DNA of 62,915 nt, filler included, from Octopus bimaculoides (GCF_001194135.2; 3 parts of 3 records of this genome joined end to end with filler, not necessarily neighbours in it); one strand, 5' to 3'; counted from the whole stretch's first letter, positions 13,081-27,326 are shown. The notes: a model not told the origin generated them from the letters alone. Made by a program: numbers and translations.

Positions 13081-13664
13081 AACTCAGAGACACTGATAGA
13101 AATTTAATCGAACGCCAGACACGTGACACTAAGAATAAAAATTATCAGCACGTAACAAGGCAGAAAAAAAAAAGAAAAGATTTTTTTCTTATACCTTTAT
13201 ATTGACCAGATTAAAATAAAATAAAAATTCTCCAGTCTCGGTGTACTCACCCAGATTCAATAATCTAACACTACGTGATTTGTTATCGAATATTATAAAC
13301 AAATTTCAGCTTCTAGAACGTCTTATATTTGATATTTGAGCAACGTACAAAATTGCATACAAACATTTGACTCATACAAGTTGGAAACCTTACGAAACGT
13401 AGATATCAAGTTATATTTACGCAACTACATGGTGAGACGAGCTTGATCTTTTGACGTCGGAAAATTCCTTATAACTGCGTAACGGGTGATCGAATTAAAA
13501 TATTTCTTAATTATGGTATATTGGTAGTAATATATTCCAACCAGAAACTACTTAGATTTCAGCTCAGTTCGATCTAATTGAAATTTCTCTCGGTCTTCCA
13601 GGGCTTCAACTTTACACGCTCCAACAAACCGGCGCCATATTATATATACATATGTGTATGTATG

Positions 13665-13801
<137 letters not shown>

Positions 13802-14138
13802 CCTTTTACACATTTATTATATATATATTTGCATATATTTACATGTATATATAATATGCGTGCATACATCCCCCTACACAAATATATATACATGTATGTA
13901 TATGTGCATACATGCATACGCATATGTATACGAATATATGTATGTATATATGTACGTATACAGGTTTGCCGGGTGAAGAGGAAAAATACAACCCAAAACA
14001 AGAGCATACGTATTTTTTTAAATTAAAATTGGCAAAGTAATAGAGTGGCTCAGAACCCGACAATTTGGTGCGGTAGCACCTATCAAAGTGCTAAATCATG
14101 AAAATCTAGATCCTTGAATCACACCGTTACTTCTGCCA

Positions 14139-14194
<56 letters not shown>

Positions 14195-14217
14195 CATTAT
14201 TATTATTATTATTATTA

Positions 14218-14272
<55 letters not shown>
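14139..14272. repeat. (ATT)n microsatellite at gap edge
   Basis: Read directly. Confidence 0.97.
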
Positions 14273-14807
14273 NNNNNNNNNNNNNNNNNNNNNNNNNNNN
14301 NNNNNNNNNNNNNNNNNNNNNNNNNNNNNNNNNNNNNNNNNNNNNNNNNNNNNNNNNNNNNNNNNNNNNNNNNNNNNNNNNNNNNNNNNNNNNNNNNNNN
14401 NNCCGTCTGATAAGGGTACACCAAGATTTGTTTAAGGATGTTGAACGAAATATCCATGTTTCCAAATGTGAATTATTCAAAGCACCAAAGAATTCATCTC
14501 CACACATTGCTATGATATTCCCCCAACACTACTTCTGTACGTGATCAGAGAGGCACATATCGCCAGCCACTAAGGAACATTCTCAACTAGTTAAGGTCGA
14601 ACAACTGACAAGCAAATATGTGTTATTGAGCAGATTATTTGCTGTAGCCCATCTTTGATACCAAAACAAAAGAATGTACATGATAACATTTCCAATCAGT
14701 TAAAACCAAAAGCTATGAGAGCTTGTGCCTGGTACATCGTCAGGGCATATATTTTTTTTGGGGGGGGGGGAGGACTGCCATGTTGGCTTGGCGATATCTA
14801 TTATTTT

Positions 14808-14808
14808 C

Positions 14809-14859
<51 letters not shown>

Positions 14860-14870
14860 GTAATAATAAT
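14808..14870. repeat. (AAT)n microsatellite
   Basis: Read directly. Confidence 0.97.
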
Positions 14871-15879
14871 CTTTTCTACTATAGGCCTGGGAACTATTGT
14901 TGTCAATATTCTCTTTGTAACATGGAAGTTTGAAATGATAGTAAATTTGTAGTGAACTGAAAAGTGGTACACCTCACTTCAGTCCTTTTATCTTTTACTG
15001 CATATCTGTTCCAAGTATCTAATTTTCACCATGCGCTTTGCATGGTCACTGCATTAGTTTTTGTTGTTACCTGAATGAAATTGTTGAGAAAGAATATTTG
15101 TCGCATAGATTCAATTCTATTGACGAAAGTGTAAATTTTATTTCGTGCATTAGCACCAAAAGCTAATTAGAAATAATTATGTGCCGAGAAAACAACATTA
15201 GCCGCACGACTAATATTTTACGAATGCTGGCATCTAAGACAGACAACAGTGAATATGTCTTGGCTTTATTAGACTTCTCCAGAGACGTGTAGACTTCAGT
15301 ATATTTGCTGAAGTCGTGACAAGAGAATTGCTAAATAGATGCACAATATTGTACATGAATAGGCGTGAAATATTAACATATTTAAATACATAATTTAGTG
15401 AGAATATTTACATAAAGAACATTTATAATTTCTTAGGTACTGATGGCGAATGTATAAAAGTATAAATTCATAAGGTGTTGCTCCTGCACATTTTTAATTG
15501 TACGCCTGAAATTGTCTGAATAAGCATGTTTTGGGAAATAAAGGAAAAGAAAAATACAAATATATTCTAATTATCACGTCTAATGTTAAAGCAGTGAAAA
15601 AATATACACCACAAACACCACACCGACTTTGAATATTTTTTTATAATCTATCACTTTTATGCAAACGTATTTGCATACATACATAAACTCAGATAAATGT
15701 ACACACACATGTGTGTAAATGTGTGTATTTTAGAAAACCTAGGAAACAATAGATGATGAATATGTTAGTTTAATACTTGACGTGAAAGAAGTATATAGTG
15801 TTGTAATACCTACTCATAAAGGAAAAGAGAAAGGCAACAAGTGAGGAGAATGACAAAGTAAGTGAAATGTAAAAATTTA

Positions 15880-16420
15880 AAAGTAGAAATTACGAAATAA
15901 AAAGAATATTTGAAAATGACTCAAAGAGTAATATTTAATTCTTTATTGCCCACAAGGGGAGCTAAACACGGAGGAGACAAACAAGGACAGACAAAAGGAC
16001 TAAGTCGATTATATCGACCCCAGTGCATAACTGGTACTTATTTAATTGAACCCGAAAGGATGAAAGGCAAAGTCTACCTCGGCGGAATTTGAACTCAGAA
16101 CGTAGCAGCAGACGAAATACCGGTAAGCATTTCGCCTGGCATGCTAAAGATTCTGCCAGCTCGCCGCCTCAAAGAGTAATATTGTGAAGATAAGCGGTTG
16201 AAATGGAGTTCTTCTGAAGGGCCAGTAATGTAATGTTACTCGACAGAGGATATGAGTCTCTGCAGGTCGAGGTGCACAGTTGCGGTTATATGGAGATGTG
16301 ATTAGAATGCCAAGGGAAAGAATCGCAAGATGAATTCTACAAAATTAGCCAACTGGCAGGAAGCATATTGGTGGACCAAAGATAATGTACAGGAGACTGA
16401 GACTGGATAGAATTAGCTTG
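15880..16420 (+). mobile_element. RTE-type LINE 3' fragment, interrupted by a SINE
   Basis: RLYGDVIRMPRERIAR*ILQN*PTGRKHIGGPKIM matches the LRWxGHVxRM..R..G.R..GRP C-terminal pattern of RTE ORFs. Confidence 0.7.
15936..16168 (-). mobile_element. Full-length SINE family A with 15-bp TSD
   Basis: Complete head and body. TCAAAGAGTAATATT is repeated exactly at 15921-15935 and 16169-16183. Confidence 0.95.
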
Positions 16421-16722
16421 GTATGGCCAATAAAAAGAAAGATATGTTGTTTCATAAAAATTAAGGTGCTAAATTTTTATTTGCAGTCTTTTGACCTTTT
16501 AAACCTATTAGGAAATTACTTCTTATTAATACTCTTTCTTTGTTTATATCTCAAGCGGTCTATTCTCTTTTTAATAAATTTGCATTACATTTTTGACATG
16601 TACTTTTATATACTTAAGGGAATTCGTCTTGCTTAAAACTAACAAAAAATAGAAAAGTATAAAAAAGAGGAAGTAAAGTAGTTATAGAAAACTTTTAAAA
16701 TATATATAACTTCAGAAATATA

Positions 16723-17093
16723 CAGGGTGATTCAAAATCTCCATACATAGGAAAAAATTATTTTTTTATAAGGAACAGTTTATAAGATCCCTTAGATTCC
16801 CTTATCTGACCCCTCTTGATTTCTATCTTTGGGGGCATTTGAAAGGCATGGTGTATCACGGAAAGATAAAAGGCATAAATCATTTGAAGGAACACATCAC
16901 CAATTCCTTTGCACATGTATCACCAGATGTGATATTACGAGTTCACAATGGGTTGGGTAAACGTATTGCAATGTGTATTCAAAACAATAGTAACCATATA
17001 GAGCCTGTTAAATAAAAGAGAAACTGTTCTTATAAACTGTCTGTTATAAAAAGATAAATTGTTCCTATGTATGGCGACTTTTGAATTACCCTG
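16723..17093 (+). mobile_element. Internally deleted Tc1/mariner element retaining the transposase C-terminus
   Basis: TA|CAGGGTGATTCAAAA..../....TTTTGAATTACCCTG|TA with ~65-bp TIRs. The open frame at 16791-17015 reads LRFPYLTPLDFYLWGHLKGMVY...KRIAMCIQNNSNHIEPVK*, matching the PRSPDLTPLDFxLWG motif. Confidence 0.93.
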
Positions 17094-18210
17094 TATATAT
17101 AATACATGTATATATATGTGTGTGTGTATACATACATATATACATCTGTATGTATATGTGTGTATATTTATAAGTATACCGTGGAATATTTTGTTTGTTA
17201 TTCAGCGAAGTCTTTATAATATATTAAGGTATGTAGCACTGAACTATGTCCATTGTCAACCCTACTAGTTTATACGCAAGAATGAAATTTGTGTTGCATG
17301 CATGTATGTATGTGTATGGGAAAGATTTGAAAGTGCATAACTTCATTTAAATTTATGCACTTTCTAAATAGTAGCAGAAGTGAATACATAAATAAATACG
17401 TACTTTGATGCCGTGATTACATTTATTTTTCACTTATTTTCTTACTTCTGTCCTCTCCCCGCCCAATTGTGTAAGATTTCTCTTATTAATATAAGCTGAA
17501 ATTATTTTGGCAATAAACATATTTTTACTCTATTTAATGAAAACTGTCTTAAACACATACTTCTATCGATTTCTGTAAGCATTGCTCTGTGCGTGGCCAA
17601 TATTTCTTGACACCTACGGTTACGTATACCCATATGTTTAAATAAACATATACATATTATATTATCTTATATTATATCATGTCATATATATATATATATA
17701 TATATATATNNNNNNNNNNNNNNNNNNNNNNNNNNNNNNNNNNNNNNNNNNNNNNNNNNNNNNNNNNNNNNNNNNNNNNNNNNNNNNNNNNNNNNNNNNN
17801 NNNNNNNNNNNNNNNNNNNNNNNNNNNNNNNNNNNNNNNNNNNNNNNNNNNNNNNNNNNNNNNNNNNNNNNNNNNNNNNNNNNNNNNNNNNNNNNNNNNN
17901 NNNNNNNNNNNNNNNNNNNNNNNNNNNNNNNNNNNNNNNNNNNNNNNNNNNNNNNNNNNNNNNNNNNNNNNNNNNNNNNNNNNNNNNNNNNNNNNNNNNN
18001 NNNNNNNNNNNNNNNNNNNNNNNNNNNNNNNNNNNNNNNNNNNNNNNNNNNNNNNNNNNNNNNNNNNNNNNNNNNNNNNNNNNNNNNNNNNNNNNNNNNN
18101 NNNNNNNNNNNNNNNNNNNNNNNNNNNNNNNNNNNNNNNNNNNNNNNNNNNNNNNNNNNNNNNNNNNNNNNNNNNNNNNNNNNNNNNNNNNNNNNNNNNN
18201 NNNNNNNNNN

Positions 18211-18249
<39 letters not shown>

Positions 18250-19451
18250 CGCATATAAATACACGTATATGCATAACAATAATCACAGGCACACATACGC
18301 ATAACCATATATCGATTTGTATTACTTGAGTTCCGAAGATTGGTATCACACACCTAAATCTACATTTACATATGCTATATCTAATCATATTTATATGGTA
18401 TCTATATTGAAATCTCCGCTTTGTTGTGTATGCATACTTTCTTCTCTGTGTCCAAGTCGGGGCTTTATAGAAAATTTTTAAGGTAAAATTACCATGTATG
18501 TTGCGAGATATTACAGCTAGAGCTGTAAATTTCCAAAGACTTGACATTTCGCTTTCAGCTCTTTGTTACTTTGGTTCTCTGTAGAAATACATGCGTTGTA
18601 ATAGAAAAGTCTCAATATCTAACTCGATCTATGTCGGGGTTGATGCTAGATATTCGTCTGATCACATTTTGATTTGATTTACATTAACGGGCTAGCGTGA
18701 TGACTTCTATGCGCTGGCACGATTTGATCAAAATAACAATCGCATGTTCAAATCACACCCATTCGCATTAAAAAAAAAAATGAGATATTAGTTAACGCTG
18801 TTCTACACATATATTGTGCAAAAAGATGAATGATCATTGGTGGAAAGTCTTTGATCAGAGACTTACTTTATTAGTGATGACAGGCTACAGAAATAATATG
18901 CATAGCCGTCACTTGCAAGCGAGTATTATTCGGTGATATGTACTTATGCTTTTGCCCATTCTTTTAGCTATCTTATGTAGTCACAACTGGATGTAGATAT
19001 TTATTCCGGCCGACTACCACTACCAGCAACAATTACAACCACAAAAATAACATATTCATCATCATCATCATCATCATCAACAGCAGCAGCAGCAACAACA
19101 ACAACAACGACAGCTGTCATTTGATTATCGTCCCAGTTCTGGTCATCTCTACTGTTTCCCGCTCTCAGAACTTTACATTAACAATTCATTGCTGTATTTA
19201 ATGTACATGCTCAGAGTTTCCCTTCAGATGTTATTCTTCAGAAGATTAAGATGAACATCGCTTGCAAATATTTCAGCAGTGGGTGAATCTGCAAAAGACA
19301 GAGACCTTACTCTACTCATACAAACGAAAATGCTTTGTAAAAAATGGGGAAAAAATAAAATAAAATAAAATCTGTCACTTTCACTTGCCCTGTATACAAT
19401 CACTTATGCAACTCAAGCACACTCACTCAAATAGGTCTCTTAAAATACTAC

Positions 19452-19660
19452 TTCGAATTTTAGCACAATACCAACAAGGTCGGGGCAAGGGGTAAATCGG
19501 TTACTTCAGTTCCATCACTCAACTGGTACTTTTTTTTGCCCTTAAAAGATGAAATGCAAAGTCTACCTCGGCATAATTTGAGCTCAGAACGAAAAGACGG
19601 ACGAAATGGCGAAAAGCATGTTGCCTGACGTGGGTAACGATTCTATCAGCTCGTTGCCTT
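19452..19660 (-). mobile_element. SINE family A, diverged
   Basis: Head ..TCAGCTCGTTGCC and body AACTGGTACT..GATGAAATGCAAAGTCTACCTCGGC. Confidence 0.85.
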
Positions 19661-19669
19661 ATGTCTCTT

Positions 19670-19801
19670 AAAATAACGGTTTCAAATTTTGGCAGAAAGC
19701 CAGCAAGTTCGGGGAAGCGGGTAAGACGTTTATATCGACCCCCAGTACTCAACTGGTACTTATTTTATCGACCTACAAAAGGATGAAAGTTAAATTCGAC
19801 C
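19670..19801 (-). mobile_element. SINE family A, 3' half (5' part in gap)
   Basis: ATCGACCCCCAGTACTCAACTGGTACTTATTTTATCGACC..GGATGAAAG. Confidence 0.85.
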
Positions 19802-20497
19802 NNNNNNNNNNNNNNNNNNNNNNNNNNNNNNNNNNNNNNNNNNNNNNNNNNNNNNNNNNNNNNNNNNNNNNNNNNNNNNNNNNNNNNNNNNNNNNNNNNN
19901 NNNNNNNNNNNNNNNNNNNNNNNNNNNNNNNNNNNNNNNNNNNNNNNNNNNNNNNNNNNNNNNNNNNNNNNNNNNNNNNNNNNNNNNNNNNNNNNNNNNN
20001 NNNNNNNNNNNNNNNNNNNNNNNNNNNNNNNNNNNNNNNNNNNNNNNNNNNNNNNNNNNNNNNNNNNNNNNNNNNNNNNNNNNNNNNNNNNNNNNNNNNN
20101 NNNNNNNNNNNNNNNNNNNNNNNNNNNNNNNNNNNNNNNNNNNNNNNNNNNNNNNNNNNNNNNNNNNNNNNNNNNNNNNNNNNNNNNNNNNNNNNNNNNN
20201 NNNNNNNNNNNNNNNNNNNNNNNNNNNNNNNNNNNNNNNNNNNNNNNNNNNNNNNNNNNNNNNNNNNNNNNNNNNNNNNNNNNNNNNNNNNNNNNNNNNN
20301 NNNNNNNNNNNNNNNNNNNNNNNNNNNNNNNNNNNNNNNNNNNNNNNNNNNNNNNNNNNNNNNNNNNNNNNNNNNNNNNNNNNNNNNNNNNNNNNNNNNN
20401 NNNNNNNNNNNNNNNNNNNNNNNNNNNNNNNNNNNNNNNNNNNNNNNNNNNNNNNNNNNNNNNNNNNNNNNNNNNNNNNNNNNNNNNNNNNNNNNNN

Positions 20498-20542
<45 letters not shown>

Positions 20543-20857
20543 TTCGTAATTGGTTCTGGAAAATTTCTTAATATCGCAATAATTGAGAAAAGCAATTATA
20601 AAACATTGCAAACAGCGGAAAAAAGTTAAAATCAATGAATTAGTAGCTGTGTTTGTGATATAATAAGAGAAATATCTTATTCAAAATCAATATATATACT
20701 TAGGTACAGACAGGCATACGCATACATAGATGCGTATATTTATCTGCACACAAACATATATATATAGCATCATTTGTACATGGATGTATATTATGCATGT
20801 TATATCTTTATGTATACATATATGCATGCATATATCTTTATTCATATGTACATATAT

Positions 20858-20913
<56 letters not shown>

Positions 20914-21729
20914 NNNNNNNNNNNNNNNNNNNNNNNNNNNNNNNNNNNNNNNNNNNNNNNNNNNNNNNNNNNNNNNNNNNNNNNNNNNNNNNNNNNNNNN
21001 NNNNNNNNNNNNNNNNNNNNNNNNNNNNNNNNNNNNNNNNNNNNNNNNNNNNNNNNNNNNNNNNNNNNNNNNNNNNNNNNNNNNNNNNNNNNNNNNNNNN
21101 NNNNNNNNNNNNNNNNNNNNNNNNNNNNNNNNNNNNNNNNNNNNNNNNNNNNNNNNNNNNNNNNNNNNNNNNNNNNNNNNNNNNNNNNNNNNNNNNNNNN
21201 NNNNNNNNNNNNNNNNNNNNNNNNNNNNNNNNNNNNNNNNNNNNNNNNNNNNNNNNNNNNNNNNNNNNNNNNNNNNNNNNNNNNNNNNNNNNNNNNNNNN
21301 NNNNNNNNNNNNNNNNNNNNNNNNNNNNNNNNNNNNNNNNNNNNNNNNNNNNNNNNNNNNNNNNNNNNNNNNNNNNNNNNNNNNNNNNNNNNNNNNNNNN
21401 NNNNNNNNNNNNNNNNNNNNNNNNNNNNNNNNNNNNNNNNNNNNNNNNNNNNNNNNNNNNNNNNNNNNNNNNNNNNNNNNNNNNNNNNNNNNNNNNNNNN
21501 NNNNNNNNNNNNNNNNNNNNNNNNNNNNNNNNNNNNNNNNNNNNNNNNNNNNNNNNNNNNNNNNNNNNNNNNNNNNNNNNNNNNNNNNNNNNNNNNNNNN
21601 NNNNNNNNNNNNNNNNNNNNNNNNNNNNNNNNNNNNNNNNNNNNNNNNNNNNNNNNNNNNNNNNNNNNNNNNNNNNNNNNNNNNNNNNNNNNNNNNNNNN
21701 NNNNNNNNNNNNNNNNNNNNNNNNNNNNN

Positions 21730-21821
<92 letters not shown>

Positions 21822-21971
21822 TAAAGTAAAATACAGATAAGTAAATATATATATACATGGTTGATGTAAATTCTTGCTATGCTTCTTTCTCTTTCTCCTC
21901 CTCTTCAATATCACCATCATCTTCGCCATCACCGATATCTCTATTACCGCTATTATCATCATCAAATCTTA

Positions 21972-22940
21972 CATATCCTGTTGAACTATGGTATTCCAAC
22001 TGAGATTGCCAAAATCATCGCCATTATATATGAAAAACCATCAAGAAAAAGTAGACAGACCTACTAAAGAGTTTCCAAGACAACCTGAAACCCTTCAAGA
22101 AGATACCTGTTAGTTTTGGGTTTTGATTGTAGTGGACCACATCCTTAGGCAAAATTTTGACCCTACTCAAGACAAATTCATATCATCAAATAGGAGTGAT
22201 CAAATACACTGTTCTTGCTCTCCATGTTCTTGCTCTCATAGCTCAATAACTTTGTGATGCAAGACGTATTAACGATGGTTAAGAATGATCTAGCCAGAGA
22301 CAGTCTATTTTTAATGTAAAGAAGTTTGATAAGATGAACATTAATGAAGATGAAAATTGGCCTCCTCTTTCTTTCAACGTTGGAACACAACTAAGGCAGT
22401 TCAATTGAACTATCTTGGGCTCTACGTTACTGAGAGTAAAAATTTCTTACGTGCAATGGACTAGCCAGGAATGCTTATAACAAACCTCAAATAATATGGC
22501 AATCAAGTAGTTTTAACTGAACAAGGTTTAGCTTCCGAATAGCGTATTTCTCGAGCTTTCTTCTATTTGGAATCGAAATCTTTAATACGTAAGAAGAAGC
22601 TTCAAGACCACCATGATGACGTATAGGCTAGGCTACCCATGAGGTGCTAAATATCTCTTGGGATGCGTACTCACCAAAGAAGAGATTTTAAGACATATTT
22701 ACATATTATTGCTGTTATTGGTTGATGCAGAGTAATCTTCGTTGGCCATTACTATCGTGCTAAACAAAAGCCTATATCAGATATAATATTTTGGAAACTT
22801 GTAACCCCTTCCAAATAGAGAACAAGGAGCATTCGACTACATGAATGTTATCGAAAGAGACGCTTGAAATTGTGGATCTACTAACGTTAATGGAGAATAG
22901 AACAGCATTTTGAGATACATCTCGGCTGTGGCTATTTGAA
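21972..22940 (+). mobile_element. Decayed RTE-clade LINE, reverse transcriptase to 3' end
   Basis: Broken frames give HILLNYGIPTEIAKIIAIIYEK, LIVVDHILRQ, NYLGLY and FVGHYYRAKQKPISDIIFWK, in the order expected for an RTE ORF. Confidence 0.8.
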
Positions 22941-23047
22941 GAAAAAATTTAAACGAACTTTTATTCAAAATTTTGGAAATCGACACTATATATAGATAAT
23001 ACAAGGTTTGTAGTTGTTAAGAATTTCATTGTATTCCACTGTATATT

Positions 23048-23180
23048 TTCTTTTCTATTCTAGGCAAAAGGCCCGAAATTTTAGGGAAGGTGGGGGCTGG
23101 TCGATTAGATCGATCACAATACGCAACTGGTATTTAATTTATCGACCCCGAAAGGATGAAAGGCAAAGTCGACCTCGGCG
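23048..23180 (-). mobile_element. 5'-truncated SINE family A
   Basis: TTTATCGACCCCGAAAGGATGAAAGGCAAAGTCGACCTCGGCG, with a tail nearly identical to that at 62569. Confidence 0.9.
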
Positions 23181-23295
23181 AACAATGGCTTCTGTTAATA
23201 CGAGACCGACCCCAGAGGAAATTCCTTTGAATTGGACAAAACTACTTCAACAGAAAAAAAACAAGAAATTAAAATAATAGTGGACGAGACACACG

Positions 23296-23329
<34 letters not shown>

Positions 23330-26300
23330 GAATCGCACCCACGCACACGCACGCACAGACGCATACACACATCCATCTGCGAATCTAGAAAGTATAAAAT
23401 AAGGATTTGTTAGAGATAGAAAATTAAGGAGAAAACTTCAGGTTTTTTCTTTTGTAATCTCTTCTGGTGTTCATGTTGGTTAAGCCCATGTGGACTCTGA
23501 GAAAACAGAGTTTTGACTGTGGCCACTTCAGCAGTTGCAATTCCTACCTCTACATTGCGGAATGCTACCTTCTATTTTTAAGTCAATTGCATATGTTTTG
23601 AGGGATATTTGGCTGTTATGTCTTGCAGGTTGTCCAAACACGTAACAGAGCTAAAGTTGCCAAAAAGCTGTATAATGGGAAACGAGCTGAAGGCATCCTA
23701 TTCGAGGCAAGTAAAAACAACTACAAATACAACCAGCCATTGCTAGCATTACCTGAGTAGGATGAGGGCTTTCCATAAAGATACAATAGCAACAACAACT
23801 CTAGCATATGCATCAACAGTTCTTAAACTATATAAGAATGATTCCAGTAAAAGACAGAACAACAGAAAGAGCATCATCATCAACAACAACAACAACAACA
23901 ACAACAACAGCAATAAACTCTTGAAAAATAAAGAATTGAAATTTTGGAGACGAAAATGTTGAGTACTCGTACGATTTGTGCAGAGAAGTGCTTCTCCAAA
24001 CACTATTAACAATACAGTAACGACAACAACAATAACAGCAGCAGGAATAAAGATTTGCTCATACACATGTTCTACGTTCGGCGTATTTCTCTTTCAATGG
24101 CAAAGTGGAATCAGAGATACGACGAGGTGATATCAGCCTAGAATGAAAACACGGAAGTTGGCATTCCGAAAGCCATACAAAATAGTGTTGAGAATCTAAT
24201 GGGCCTGCCAAAGTGAACAAGTGCGACAGCGTGAGCCCATAGAGAATTTCTACCCAAAGAGTGGGAAATTGTTTTAGTTCCAGGGGTGAATTAAGAATGC
24301 ATAAGAATCTGTCTAATGCATTATATTATAAGCATTTAAGTAACGGCGGGAGTGCAGCTGTGATGAGAAAAATCATTAAAATTTCCTGAATGCGTAGGTA
24401 TGTAACTGATATTAAATTACTGCTTTTTGACTGAAAGATTAAACTTGTTTTTTTTCCTGTGAACTTTTAGAAACACTGTTAGTAAGTAATATGAAATTGA
24501 AAGAGGCGAAAATTTTGCCGAGGACCAGGAATTGGCAGTACGTGCTGCATGTTTAAAAATGGTAGACATGTTAGAAAAACAGCCAAATCTATCACAGATC
24601 ACACCCTAATTAGCTTTACTTTTAAAAAAATAGAATATATATATTGAATACTGTAGTAAAATATAACTTATATCATATAGAACTAGATGGCCACAACTAG
24701 AAAGTTTTGAGTGTTAATCTGGGGTTAAATGACGATATAAATATTAAATACCACGTAACTTCAAAGCTGTTCGTAAATAAAGGAAATTCGAGGAGTAGAA
24801 TAAAACGCAAAAGAGGCGATAGTGTGTGTGTGTGTGTGTGTGTGTGGTGGGGTGGATATAAGAGCATTCTCGCCGCCCAAAGATAGACATCTGCTGTTGA
24901 AGAAAGTACCATATGTTAATGGAAACATACAGACTTGCTTCCCAAATAATCATGGAACATTCACGAATTCTTTTTAAAGTTCAACAAAGACATTTCCATG
25001 GAATTGAAGTCGTCTTAGATTCTAAAGTACGTTTCATGTCTCTCTTTATCTTTATATTTTTCTCTCTTTCTATCTCACTCCTTTTTCCCTCTTCCACGCA
25101 CAGAGACACACGCATACACATACAATTGTGCAGGCTTAGTTGCGAAAATGTGCTTGCCTGTATTCATAGGTAAATATTTTCATTTAGCTGGCACTCACTC
25201 TACGATGTTATTTCAATGTGGCTCAGATCAAATCGGTTGCAACGTTGCTTAAGAAAAGCCTTAATTTCAAACTAAGAATGATACTTTGGGACCCAAACTG
25301 ATACAGTTAAATGTTAGTAGCAACAATGATTACAATCCATTTATATCCTAACTAACCAAACTTCCACAAACGTTAAAGAATATTCCTGGTTTTATAACAC
25401 GCGGAGCATTGATATGAGAACAGCAATGAGAACACGTTCTGAGGTCAATTCTGGTGCAGACCGATTTTTGTTATCTTTCCTCCGGGATCGGTAAACTGAA
25501 GTAACAGTCGAGAACGCGGTTGATATAATTTTAGTTTGACAAACAATTTTAATGACAGTGATAACAATAGCGACAACTTTCGAACAGAGACAAACATTTA
25601 AAAATCTTTCAAATAATATTTGTACTAAAGCTAATCTTGCTTCCATCATGACACTTAACATTTCCTCTACACTTAACATTTCCTCTAAAATACTATTTAG
25701 GAATTTTGTAAAAACCAATGTCACTTTGGCGTTGGATTTAATACAAGAGAGCGCAAAAGATATGATATATGCGTTTTAAAAATGATGGAAGTAGTATCGA
25801 ATTACTTTCAAAACAGGAATTACAAGCGCTACAGATATTCTGTTAGATATTCTCACAGGAATGAAAGTAATGGCACCGTCTAGTGCACTTTCAAAAACGA
25901 ACATCCACACAAAGTACAAGCTGAAATTTTGAGATATGCTTCTACTAATACACTTGTATCCCACTATATTGCAGAAAGAAATAGAAGCTGATAATAAAAG
26001 ACTGGAAGAGAAGTGAATGCTGGTTATCGTTTTTGAATCTCAATGAGGTCGAATGGTTAAATTAGTACTGACAAGAATCTACAGTCTGTCAGCTGGTGTT
26101 AAAATTGATTTGTAAGTCCGAATGACACCCCAAACGTCCAGAGACACACGAGGCTTGTTCGCATATTAGGTTTGAGTCAAAGGAGATGGAAAAAGTCTTG
26201 TAGCTAGACATATCGTAATAAGAAACAACTGAAATTTCTTTTTTGCGTTAAAGAACTGGAACACCTAGGAAGGCAAAGAAATAAAAAAAAAAACTCGATA

Positions 26301-26676
26301 GCGGAATCGAGACGAGGCAGTAACAAGAGCAGCGTGTCTCAGTCGCCAAAGCACCACCAGTCACATCTTCGAGAATGGCGAAAGAAATGAACTCAAGAGC
26401 AGTTCTAGATACGAGTGAGCAGAGAGCCCACGCCAATGATAGCAGCCAGTAATATCAATCCATAGTTGTGTGACGAGTTAGAGATAATGATTACAAAGGA
26501 GAGTATCTACACTGTTGGAGGAAAACAAAGAGAAAACTATTACAAAAAGAGAAAAACTTAGAGCAACAGAAAAGCATCTACAACACGTAGGAAGGAACCA
26601 AACCCTCATAACAACAATAGTGCGCCACCTTAGAATGATGAAGACAATTAAAAAGAGAACAAAGTACTGAGAATAT

Positions 26677-27061
26677 GTTGTTGTTGTTGTTGGCACTCCG
26701 TCGCTTACGACGTCAAGGGTTCTAGTCGACTCAATCAACGGAACAACCTGCTCGTGAAATTAACGTGCAAGTGGCTGAACACTCCACAGACACGTGTACT
26801 CTTAACGTAGTTCTGGGGGAGATTCAGCGTGACACAGTGTGACAAGGCTGACCCTTTGAATTACAGGCACAACAGAAACAGGAAGAAAGAGTGAGAGAAA
26901 GTTGTGGTGAAAGAGTACAGTAGGGTTCGCCACCATCCCCTGCCGTAGCCTCGTGGAGCTTTAGGTGTATTCGCTCAGTAAACACTCACAATGCCCTGTC
27001 TGGGAACCGCGATCCTATGACCGCGAGTCCGCTGCCCTAACCACTGGGCCATTGCGCCTCC
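26677..27061 (-). mobile_element. Full-length tRNA-derived SINE family C with (AAC)n tail
   Basis: Minus-strand head GGAGGCGCAATGGCCCAGTGGTTAGGGCAGCGGACTCGCGG..(A and B boxes). Matches 49504-49932 and 48415-48656. Confidence 0.95.
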
Positions 27062-27326
27062 AGTAACTGACAACAAATACACAAAAAAGCGACTGCTTAA
27101 AAATGCTTATAGCAGCAGCAGGGATTTCAAAAATGGTGGCAACAATCAGAAATACTAACATGGAAAATAAAAAGAAGAAATGCAAGAATGATACTGCCAC
27201 ACCAACGAAAATAATAACGAATAACCATAGAAACCTCTGTACTAATAATTGACTTGCAAAAATTAACAGCCAAGTGTCCCTCAAATAGCATAGTACTATC
27301 TTAGAAAAGCAATGTTACATTAGATA

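Noticed and set aside
14403-14750. Segment that resembles a common octopus interspersed repeat from memory (likewise 59790-59900)
   Set aside because: Only one copy is in the window and no motif is diagnostic, so it cannot be supported without a database search.
24398-24481. GT-AG intron-like segment and 11-nt microexon-like AAACACTGTTA|GTAAGT
   Set aside because: No open frame runs through the flanking candidate exons, and such signals arise often in AT-rich DNA.
23749-27284. Hydrophobic minus-strand ORFs (23749, 26248, 26478, 27015) resembling membrane proteins
   Set aside because: They are the complement of A/C-rich degenerate (AAC)n-like plus-strand sequence. Some overlap SINEs, and none has a recognisable motif or splice structure.
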